Source of the DNA: an uncultured Coprobacillus sp.
Lineage (GTDB): Bacteria > Bacillota_I > Bacilli_A > ML615J-28 > CAG-698
Assembly (NCBI GenBank): GCA_964389905.1
Contig: CAYMGD010000007.1
Coordinates: 483 to 64,482, forward strand
Reading direction: 5' to 3'
DNA length: 64,000 nt
Numbering within the stretch: the stretch's first letter is position 1; the number at the start of each line of letters is the position of its first letter. Of this stretch, positions 28,557 to 36,526 are shown piece after piece. The notes beneath the pieces were generated by a model. It searched no databases. It was not told the origin of the DNA and saw only the letters and a list, made by a program, of their open reading frames with translations. The translations under genes and the position numbers were made by a program.

Positions 28557-28722
28557 AGCTTTTACCTCCTCATTTGGTACATCATAGTAAAAGAAAAGTA
28601 GGCGCAATATGCACCCACTAAAACTAATCACAAATCAAAATGATGTTATAAGTGACATTTACCTATTGATATTTTCAATCAGGTGAGAAGTGGGTACTTC
28701 TTCTTTCCACTATGATATTTAC
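28557..28722 (-). promoter_or_regulatory. infC-rpmI-rplT leader with terminator/antiterminator (L20-leader-like attenuator)
   Basis: Terminator AGUGGGUGC-auauu-GCGCCUACU plus UUUCUUUU at 28619-28586. An upstream ACCCACU (28695-28689) is complementary to the terminator 5-prime arm. Confidence 0.55.
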
Positions 28723-29255
28723 TTGTATATTATACAACAATTTAATGTGTTTGTCAATTGTTTTTTTATCAATTGACACTGTTTTTTATCAACAGTAAGC
28801 ATTTTATTAGAATATAATTTATTTAACTTATTGTATGTTTTCCCAAGTTCTATATTATGGCGATATACTTTCATCTCATATATTTCTTCAACACTATATG
28901 GAAGATTATAAAGGCTTTCACGAGTTATTATAACATAATAATTACTAGTATTACGTATTGTTCTCGCAAACTCTTCACTCTTTATAAATTTATTTCCTTC
29001 ATCAATAAATATGATACTATCTTCAATCCTTTCAATACGAGCTTGCCAATCATTCGTTGTTAATACATGACATTTTTTATCACATTTAATCTTAACACCA
29101 CTTAGTTTACCAAGTTCTTCATAATCAGAAATCAAATTAATAAGAGTTGTTTTACCTGTAGCACTATTTCCTCGAATAATAGTTATATTCCTAGTAATAT
29201 CAAATTTAAATGAAATTTTTTGATTACTTATTTCTATGTGATATTTTCCAACCAT
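28719..29255 (-). CDS. Mini P-loop ATPase (178 aa), partner of the DUF4869-like gene
   Basis: Walker A GNSATGKTT, Walker B IIFIDEG, then YYVIITRES. GAGGTG RBS. Starts 11 nt after the upstream stop. Confidence 0.7.
   Translation of the reverse strand: MVGKYHIEISNQKISFKFDITRNITIIRGNSATGKTTLINLISDYEELGKLSGVKIKCDKKCHVLTTNDWQARIERIEDSIIFIDEGNKFIKSEEFARTIRNTSNYYVIITRESLYNLPYSVEEIYEMKVYRHNIELGKTYNKLNKLYSNKMLTVDKKQCQLIKKQLTNTLNCCIIYK
28729..28757 (-). promoter_or_regulatory. Perfect consensus promoter for the infC operon
   Basis: Minus strand reads TTGACA (28757-28752), a 17-nt spacer, then TATAAT (28734-28729). Lies inside the last codons of the upstream ATPase ORF. Confidence 0.65.
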
Positions 29256-29266
29256 ATAAACACCTC

Positions 29267-29701
29267 TTAAACATATTTTCCAGCAGTCAAAACCAAATCT
29301 CGCATATTATTAATCATTTTCTTTTCATTAAGTACATATACATTAAATTCTTTACCAAAATCCATTATATGGTTTAAATTAATAGTTATGTCTTTTTCCT
29401 CAGCAAGTTTAAGCAATCATTTTGCGCAGTTATCACCACATGTAGATGCATTAAAAACATTTTTTGAATCATTTCTAATTAAAATTAATGTTTTAACGCC
29501 TCCCGATAAACTTGTAGGTGGAATAATTCCCAAATAGGGACTATCAATTGCTCTTTCGCCTATAACTTTTGAATTATCAACATCTTCAATCATTTTTTGT
29601 GTTAAAGGATCAAGAAGCCATTTTTCTTTATATATATTTTTAAAATATATTTCAGTGTTGTAAATAGCTTTAGGCATATCACCAAAAAAAATGTTTAGCA
29701 T
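29267..29701 (-). pseudogene. DUF4869-like gene (145 codons) with a single in-frame TGA at codon 95; a recent pseudogene or a TGA read-through
   Basis: The ORF track ends at CGDNCAK*, with TGA at 29419-29417. The same frame continues for 49 more sense codons (LLKLAEEKDITINLNHIMDFG...) to TAA at 29269-29267. The N-terminal MLNIFFGDMP...LSGGVKTLILI resembles DUF4869 as I recall it. Confidence 0.6.
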
Positions 29702-29736
29702 TTTTTCACCCCAAAAATTTCATTATTTTTTAACTA

Positions 29737-29765
29737 ATTTTACTATAAAAAATAAAAAATATCAA
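29737..29765 (-). promoter_or_regulatory. Putative promoter of the DUF4869/ATPase pair
   Basis: Minus strand reads TTGATA (29765-29760), a 17-nt spacer, then TAAAAT (29742-29737). Confidence 0.35.
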
Positions 29766-29841
29766 TATCAAAGTAATTAATACAATGATAATTTATTTAC
29801 ATCAATGCAATTATACATACTAGAAAAAGGCATTTAAGCCT

Positions 29842-31431
29842 TTATAATTGTTCGAATATTTTCGTTCCTTTTTTCTTTAAATATACTAATAATATTATAT
29901 TAATAGCCATAGTTAATAAAATAAATAATGATACGTACATATAAGCATTAATATATTGTTGAAGAAAAGCATATATTACTGAAAATACAATAACATATAT
30001 CCAGCCTGCAAAGAGTGTAATAACTACACCTATACTTTGTTTTACTGGTACAACTTCACTATTCCAGTTTAGTATTGGCATTTTTAAGTTTATTACAAGG
30101 CCAAATAATGCCGATAGCATAACACAAATAATACCTGTTATGATCATTAATAAACCTTGAATAAAAGATATTTCAATCGAAAACAAAGTGCATATGCATA
30201 CAAATAACACTCCAGGAAGGGTAATTATTAGGTGTAACACTATTTTTGATTTTAAAATATCCCAAGTTTTAATTGGTAAAGTTTGTAATACCCAAATGTT
30301 TCTTCCTTCTAACGAGATTGAAGGAGATGTTATATCATTCATCATCGCTAGAAAGACTGTGGAAAGTGTTAAGATTAAGAATTGTGCATTTTCTAAATTG
30401 ATTTGCTTTAGTGTTTCATTCAAGAAACTACCTTTAAATATTATATATATTCCCATTATTAGCATAAATAATGTTCCTATTCCACAATTCAATATGTAAA
30501 TTGGAGATGAAAAAAAGTGTTTTAGTTCCTTTTTTACTAAAGAAACTCGCTTATTATTCTTTTGATATTTCAAATTCTTTTTTACTTGTTTTGCTTTGGT
30601 ATCATTTGTTGTTACTATTTTAATGAAACTATGTGATAACAACACATATTCAATTAAGAATAGTCCTAATACAATAATGGTAAAGACTACAGATGAGAGT
30701 ATGTCTCCTGTTCCCATCATCCCCATTGCATAGAAAGGATAAACATATGACTTTATTATTTTTGCAGTGGCAGCACTATCACTTACTAATTTTGTTATTA
30801 AATTACTTATTTCAAAATAGCAATAATAATAAACAAATATGAAAAGAAGTGAAGCTATTACAATAACAAGACTTTTGTTTTTTAGTTTAGCACTTATTTT
30901 CGCAACTACATATCCTAATAAACAAGATAAAACTAAAACAAATATTGTAATTAAAATATATAACAATAACGATGTAATAACACTTATTATAGTCACATTA
31001 CCATATATATAATATACTATTAATGCTGGTATCATTACCACACTTGAGTATAACCAGCCCATAAAATATACACCTATTAATCTTGTGATTAAAATATATT
31101 TTGTAGGTATTGGCATTGATAGTAATATATCATTATCTTTAGCTTGATACAGACTTGAATATGTATTGAAGATGCTTCCAAAGGCTCCAAAAACGATTGC
31201 TAGTCCACTCATCATTGTAAAGTATAACCACATAAGATCAGCTTCTTTGAATGCTTTACACATCATCAGTGCTGGTTCTACAAAGATACAAGCCACAAAT
31301 ATCATTAGTATAGCAAATAATAATATATATAATATTTGTTTTCCTTTCGTGAAACTTTCACCTGTTTTCTTACTGACAAAAAAGCTTTTATTAATTTCTA
31401 ATAATTGCTTTTTGATAAGGGCTTTAAGCAT
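29842..31431 (-). CDS. Large polytopic ABC-2-like transporter permease
   Basis: 529 aa with more than ten hydrophobic segments. Its start overlaps the stop of the ABC ATPase gene. Confidence 0.7.
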   Translation of the reverse strand: MLKALIKKQLLEINKSFFVSKKTGESFTKGKQILYILLFAILMIFVACIFVEPALMMCKAFKEADLMWLYFTMMSGLAIVFGAFGSIFNTYSSLYQAKDNDILLSMPIPTKYILITRLIGVYFMGWLYSSVVMIPALIVYYIYGNVTIISVITSLLLYILITIFVLVLSCLLGYVVAKISAKLKNKSLVIVIASLLFIFVYYYCYFEISNLITKLVSDSAATAKIIKSYVYPFYAMGMMGTGDILSSVVFTIIVLGLFLIEYVLLSHSFIKIVTTNDTKAKQVKKNLKYQKNNKRVSLVKKELKHFFSSPIYILNCGIGTLFMLIMGIYIIFKGSFLNETLKQINLENAQFLILTLSTVFLAMMNDITSPSISLEGRNIWVLQTLPIKTWDILKSKIVLHLIITLPGVLFVCICTLFSIEISFIQGLLMIITGIICVMLSALFGLVINLKMPILNWNSEVVPVKQSIGVVITLFAGWIYVIVFSVIYAFLQQYINAYMYVSLFILLTMAINIILLVYLKKKGTKIFEQL

Positions 31432-32137
31432 TGTTTTCCTCCAGTTCTAAGAAAACATTTTCTAGTGATGAATCGCCTTTTACTTCTTCCATAGTACCAG
31501 ATATAACAAGTTTACCATCTTTGATAATAGCAACTTTATCACAAAGTTTTTCAGCGACTTCTAAAACATGCGTTGAAAAGAAGATAGCACCGCCTTTATC
31601 GCAGACTTCTCTCATCATTTGTTTTAAAGTATGACTAGCAATAGGATCTAATCCAACAAATGGTTCATCCATTATTATTAGTTGTGGTTCATGAATCCAC
31701 GCACTAATAATAGCTAACTTTTGTTTCATACCATGAGAATATGAAGAGATTGAATTTCCTATACTTTCTTTTAAAGAAAACTTTTCCACATAATCCTCTA
31801 TTCTTTCTTTTCTATCTTTTTCTGAAACATTGAAAATATCAGCTATAAAGTTTAAATATTGTATTCCTGTCATGTAGTTATATAAATCAGGATTATCTGG
31901 AATGTAAGCTATTTTACTTTTACAAAGTAGAGGATTTTCTTTTATTGAAATTCCATCAATGTATATTTCACCACTTTCAAACTTTAATATTCCTATTGCT
32001 GCTTTGATTGTTGTTGTTTTTCCAGCCCCATTATGGCCAATAAATCCATATATTTCACCTTTATTAATATGTAATGATAAATCATCAACTGCTTTTTTTG
32101 TCCCATAAATTTTTGTTAGATTGTTAATTTGAAGCAT
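31424..32137 (-). CDS. ABC transporter ATP-binding protein
   Basis: Walker A GHNGAGKTT, signature YSHGMKQK, Walker B IIMDEPFVGLD. Start set at ATG 32137 (MLQINNLTKIYG) after GAGGAAG. Confidence 0.9.
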   Translation of the reverse strand: MLQINNLTKIYGTKKAVDDLSLHINKGEIYGFIGHNGAGKTTTIKAAIGILKFESGEIYIDGISIKENPLLCKSKIAYIPDNPDLYNYMTGIQYLNFIADIFNVSEKDRKERIEDYVEKFSLKESIGNSISSYSHGMKQKLAIISAWIHEPQLIIMDEPFVGLDPIASHTLKQMMREVCDKGGAIFFSTHVLEVAEKLCDKVAIIKDGKLVISGTMEEVKGDSSLENVFLELEENNA

Positions 32138-32666
32138 TGTCTTCCTCGTTTGTTTGAGATTTTGTTTTAAGTTCTGTACCATATTCAAGAATTAGTGATA
32201 CTAATAAATATACGATACCAATGATAATGCCAGAATTATTAGTGTTATAATCACCTTTATTCCCACATATGCCCCAGACAATAGCAACACAAATTGGGAG
32301 AGCAAAATAAGTTATAATACGAGAAATAGCAAGTGATCTAATTTCTTTTACTACTTTGCTATCAAAAGGAGTATTTAGAGATAATTCCATAGTATAGAAA
32401 TCGTATTCCTTTTTGCTCACTATAAGTGATGCAACACATTCAAAAAGAGATAATAATACATAAGAAACAATTATCTTCTTATCCACATTTTCAATATTAC
32501 TTATTTTTATAATTATATCATTTATTTTTTCTAAATCATTTATTGCAATTATAAGAATCAAAGACACAGCTGATATTGCTATGCCTACAATTGACAATAT
32601 AAAAACAATTTTACTAATGATTTGTAACACCTTGGCTAGTGTTTGAACTCTATTTAAACTTTTCAT
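32124..32666 (-). CDS. Membrane protein, unknown function
   Basis: 180 aa with four hydrophobic segments, embedded in the operon. Confidence 0.55.
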   Translation of the reverse strand: MKSLNRVQTLAKVLQIISKIVFILSIVGIAISAVSLILIIAINDLEKINDIIIKISNIENVDKKIIVSYVLLSLFECVASLIVSKKEYDFYTMELSLNTPFDSKVVKEIRSLAISRIITYFALPICVAIVWGICGNKGDYNTNNSGIIIGIVYLLVSLILEYGTELKTKSQTNEEDNASN

Positions 32667-32667
32667 T

Positions 32668-33651
32668 TTATTTCACCTCGTATAATTTTAAAGATCCACT
32701 CTTGGTATCTACAGTAATATCTCTTTCTTGGTTTCCTATTTGATAATAAGTTCCATCAAATAACACCTTCATTCCACTTGTTTTGAAACTTCTAGAGGAT
32801 GTTTTAAAAAGTATTTTTCCAGAAGATGAGGATAGTATTCCAAGTTTTATTCCTCCGCTAGTTGTTTTTAGATTATATTCTTTACTTTCATCAAGAAAAA
32901 CCTTAACTCCACCACTTGTTGATTGTATATTTAGTTTTTCTGCAGTATTATTACCTACAGAAATACTTCCTGATGTACTTTTTAATTCGCATATTTGTGT
33001 ATAAAGTTCATCTATTTCAATTTCACCACTTGTTGAAGAGCATATAATATTATCAGCTTTCAAAGATTTTGCTTCAATTTCGCCACTTGTTGAGGAAAAC
33101 TTGATAAAACTTGCTTCTATTTTAGCTGTTTCAATTTCTCCACTTGTTGAGGAAAGAGAAAGATTATCGCATTCAAGATTATCTAGTTCGATACTTCCAG
33201 ATGTCGTATTAATATCAACATTTTTAGCTTTTCTAATATTATTATAAACTTCAGCACTTGTTGAAGAAATATAAATATTTATCCCTTCTGGGACATAAAC
33301 CTTAATATTCTTTTTTTCACTTCTTACTTTCGAAGTAAATCCTGAATCCCAAAAGTGAATTATCAGTTCACCATTTTTTACAATTGTTCGTACTTTTTGT
33401 TTTTCTTCTAGTTCATTACTTTCTTCGATAGAAATGCTATTGTCAGCTGATTTTATAATTTTAACATTTCCTGTTTTCCAGTTCATATTTAATGTATCAA
33501 TGTTATCATTATACTTTATCGAACCAACATTAAATTTATCAGCATCATCATATTTATCATAAGATATATAGCTATTTTCAAAGCTATCACACTGACAACC
33601 TAAATTGATAGAAAGTATCACTAATAATAATATAATTGTTATTCTATTCAT
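32668..33651 (-). CDS. DUF4097-family beta-strand-repeat lipoprotein
   Basis: Signal/lipobox NLGC. Recurring (S/T)TSG(E/S/G)I(E/K) repeats about every 19-20 aa. Confidence 0.75.
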   Translation of the reverse strand: MNRITIILLLVILSINLGCQCDSFENSYISYDKYDDADKFNVGSIKYNDNIDTLNMNWKTGNVKIIKSADNSISIEESNELEEKQKVRTIVKNGELIIHFWDSGFTSKVRSEKKNIKVYVPEGINIYISSTSAEVYNNIRKAKNVDINTTSGSIELDNLECDNLSLSSTSGEIETAKIEASFIKFSSTSGEIEAKSLKADNIICSSTSGEIEIDELYTQICELKSTSGSISVGNNTAEKLNIQSTSGGVKVFLDESKEYNLKTTSGGIKLGILSSSSGKILFKTSSRSFKTSGMKVLFDGTYYQIGNQERDITVDTKSGSLKLYEVK

Positions 33652-34551
33652 TTATCTTCCCTTCTTTGTTTTTAAAATATTAATTAAAACATATGCACCT
33701 ATGAGCAAACATATTGTAAGGATCATAATTAAATACATTACCCAAAGGGGAACATTTGTACCAAAGAAATATAAATTACAATCTATGCCATCTTTAATTT
33801 TTTCAATAACTTCTTGAGGAAAACCTACATCAGCCATTTCACGATATACACCCCTTAAACAGTGATTTTTAATTAATGATGTTCCATATGTTCCAGGTAA
33901 AAATCCTAAAAACTTCTGCAAGCCGCTACCAAAACTCGCTATAGGCATATACGCTCCACAAAGGAATCCATAGCCTGCCGAAACAATTGTTCCCACCGCT
34001 GAAGCTTGTCCATTTGTTTCTAAAAATACATTAACAATTGATGATAAAGCTGTTCCAAACATTGTAAGTAGCACACAATCTAGTAGCACTAACAAAACAT
34101 CAGTTATACTGAAATACCAACCTGCAAAAGCAATATATACAAAGCAAGCAAAAGCTGCCGTAAAACTAATAATTAATGTTGTAAGAAAAGTTGCCACATA
34201 ATAGGATAAAGCGATTGTTGATTTTTTTACAGGAGTAATTTCAAAATCAATTCTTGCTCTATTTATTTTGTCCTGAACCATTAGCAAATTAGAACAAAAA
34301 GCTACCGTTATAGTACAAACTGCTAGAATTGATGACATTAATTGAGCAGCAACTGTTCCTTTTATTAGTTCATTAGAAATTGTAATTCCTTCACTAAGGT
34401 TACTACGAAAAGAATCTTCATATACATTTCCTAGAAAAGTAACATATAAAACTAACAATATAACAGGTGTTATTAGAGATGTAAGGAACATTCCTTTATC
34501 CTTGAAAAACATCTTCATATTACGAATAATCATAGTTTGTAATGTTTTCAT
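33652..34551 (-). CDS. ABC-2 type transporter permease
   Basis: 299 aa, six TM segments, directly after the ATPase gene. Confidence 0.8.
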   Translation of the reverse strand: MKTLQTMIIRNMKMFFKDKGMFLTSLITPVILLVLYVTFLGNVYEDSFRSNLSEGITISNELIKGTVAAQLMSSILAVCTITVAFCSNLLMVQDKINRARIDFEITPVKKSTIALSYYVATFLTTLIISFTAAFACFVYIAFAGWYFSITDVLLVLLDCVLLTMFGTALSSIVNVFLETNGQASAVGTIVSAGYGFLCGAYMPIASFGSGLQKFLGFLPGTYGTSLIKNHCLRGVYREMADVGFPQEVIEKIKDGIDCNLYFFGTNVPLWVMYLIMILTICLLIGAYVLINILKTKKGR

Positions 34552-35456
34552 TAGTTACCTCCTAACTTCTTACCTGTAACAGCTAAGAATATATCATCCA
34601 TTTTACCTTTTGTTATTTCAAAATCAGTAAATAAATCTTTATTATTAATTATTAAATCTCTTGCCTCTAAAGTATCTTTTACATAAAGTCTATAGGCATC
34701 CTTTAGGGTTTCATAAGGTAAATTAAGCTTCTTAACATCTTCTTCATTAACATTATATAGTGTTACATAATCTCCAGAATGTTTATTCTTTAGTTCTAAA
34801 GGTGTCCCTTGAGCAGCAATTTTACCATTATCAAGTATAATAACATAATCAGCATCTGCTGCTTCCTCCATATAATGTGTTGTAAGGAAAACTGTTAATC
34901 CTTCTTTAATACGAAGGTCATCAATAACTTTCCATAATGTTTTTCTTGTTTGTGGGTCTAATCCTGTTGTTGGTTCATCTAAAATCAATATTTTAGGTTT
35001 ATTAATCAAAGCCCTAGCAATGTCAACTTTTCGTTTTTGCCCTCCTGATAATTTACCTAAGGTACGATTTAATAAATTATTAAAATCCAATAGTTCAGCT
35101 AATTCTGATATTCTTTGTTTTGCTTTGTCACCATTTATGCCATACAAACTTGCTCTAGCATAAAGATTATCATAAACAGATAAAACATTATCTAAAACTG
35201 AACTTTGGAAAACAACGCCCATTTGACTTGTTATTTGATTAATATCACTTTCAATATTACAATTATTTATAATTATAGTTCCAGAGTCCTTTTTTTGTAC
35301 TCCGCACATAATCGAAATAGTTGTTGATTTTCCTGCTCCGTTCACGCCAAGGAAAGCAAATAGTTCTCCCTCTTTTACTTTAAAAGATAAATCATTAACA
35401 GCATGCACTTCGCCAAATGATTTGTTTAAATTTGATATTTCTATTATATTATTCAT
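34551..35456 (-). CDS. ABC transporter ATP-binding protein (DrrA-like)
   Basis: Walker A GVNGAGKST, signature LSGGQKRK, Walker B LILDEPTTGLD. Confidence 0.92.
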   Translation of the reverse strand: MNNIIEISNLNKSFGEVHAVNDLSFKVKEGELFAFLGVNGAGKSTTISIMCGVQKKDSGTIIINNCNIESDINQITSQMGVVFQSSVLDNVLSVYDNLYARASLYGINGDKAKQRISELAELLDFNNLLNRTLGKLSGGQKRKVDIARALINKPKILILDEPTTGLDPQTRKTLWKVIDDLRIKEGLTVFLTTHYMEEAADADYVIILDNGKIAAQGTPLELKNKHSGDYVTLYNVNEEDVKKLNLPYETLKDAYRLYVKDTLEARDLIINNKDLFTDFEITKGKMDDIFLAVTGKKLGGN

Positions 35457-36070
35457 ACATTCCCCTTTATAATTATTGGTGTTGGTGTTTCCATATTGTA
35501 AGTACCTTTTTTCATTGACATAAGAAGCGACACAAATATTTTACCTAGCATATCAACTAATTCATCAAGTGAAAAATTACATCTTTTAGTAGCACATAAG
35601 CATGCTAACCCATATGTATAAATCCAAACATGTTCAAATAGTGAATATGCATTATCTTTGTCAAGATTATAATCATGCATAATAACTTCAATACATTTGT
35701 CTTTCATACTTCCTAATGTTTCAATCACTTGTTCGAGAGTTTGAAATTTATCTGTATCTTGAATAAACAAGAATTTAAACAAGTTTGATTCCTCTTTTGC
35801 AAAAGTTATCATATTTATTCCAACTTGCTTAAAAGCTGGTGTGTAATTAAAAGCATCAGATATACACTTATTGTACTCAACATAAACTCTTTCTTTGACA
35901 CTTGTAATCACATCATCCATACTGTCAAAAACAGTAAATATGGGACACGAAGAACATCCCAATTCTTTTCCAAGAGATCTTGCAGTAAGTTGACTTATAC
36001 CATTTTTTCGAACAATTTCATAAGCAACATCAATTATTTCTTCTTTCGTGAATTTTGGTTTCATTGGCAT
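35453..36070 (-). CDS. TetR/AcrR-family transcriptional regulator
   Basis: N-terminal HTH (ISQLTARSLGKELGCSSCPIFTVF). First gene of the operon. Overlaps the next gene by 4 nt. Confidence 0.85.
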   Translation of the reverse strand: MPMKPKFTKEEIIDVAYEIVRKNGISQLTARSLGKELGCSSCPIFTVFDSMDDVITSVKERVYVEYNKCISDAFNYTPAFKQVGINMITFAKEESNLFKFLFIQDTDKFQTLEQVIETLGSMKDKCIEVIMHDYNLDKDNAYSLFEHVWIYTYGLACLCATKRCNFSLDELVDMLGKIFVSLLMSMKKGTYNMETPTPIIIKGNV

Positions 36071-36103
36071 AAATTATTTTCTCCATTTCAATAACATATG
36101 TTT

Positions 36104-36152
36104 TAGAACGGTTGTTCTAGAATATTATATACCTAATATTTATACGTGTCAA
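36104..36152 (-). promoter_or_regulatory. Consensus promoter plus inverted-repeat operator of the TetR operon
   Basis: Minus strand reads TTGACA (36152-36147), a 17-nt spacer, then TATAAT (36129-36124). The palindrome TAGAAC-n4-GTTCTA (36104-36119) follows immediately downstream. Confidence 0.6.
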
Positions 36153-36257
36153 TATATATTTTATGATTTTGTTATATCATTTATTATATACTTTCATCTA
36201 TAAAGTAATTATAGTAAAAAAAATAACCAAATATATAAATACTTGGTTAAAATATAA

Positions 36258-36488
36258 TTATTTTTGCTTTGATTCAATTAATTCAACAATATCAGATATC
36301 TTTAAAAACTTTTGAGCATCTTCATCAGCAATTGAAATATCGAATTCTTCTTCAGCTGCCATAACTAGTTGAATAGCATCTAATGAATCTGCACCTAAAT
36401 CATCAACTAAATTTGTATCTAATGTTATTTTACTTTCATCAACATTTAATTCTTTTGCTATTAATTTTTTTAATTTTTCGAATACCAT
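36258..36488 (-). CDS. acpP: Acyl carrier protein
   Basis: DLGADSLD phosphopantetheine site. Start at ATG 36488 after GGAGGAA. 76 aa. Confidence 0.9.
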   Translation of the reverse strand: MVFEKLKKLIAKELNVDESKITLDTNLVDDLGADSLDAIQLVMAAEEEFDISIADEDAQKFLKISDIVELIESKQK

Positions 36489-36526
36489 AATTAATTCCTC
36501 CGTGTAATATTTTACCATAATATATG

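Noticed and set aside
28557-28631. ATG-initiated N-terminal extension of the IF-3 ORF (MISFSGCILRLLFFYYDVPNEEVKA)
   Set aside because: It overlaps the leader terminator hairpin and shows no IF-3 similarity. The strong AGGAGG is positioned for the ATT codon at 28556, matching the known non-AUG infC start.
32950-33200. Periodic DNA repeat with a period of about 50-60 nt (CCACTTGTTGA(A/G)G recurring), which could look like a tandem repeat or a CRISPR-like array
   Set aside because: It lies inside an intact ORF and encodes the recurring STSGEIE beta-strand motif of a DUF4097 protein. There is no spacer/repeat architecture.
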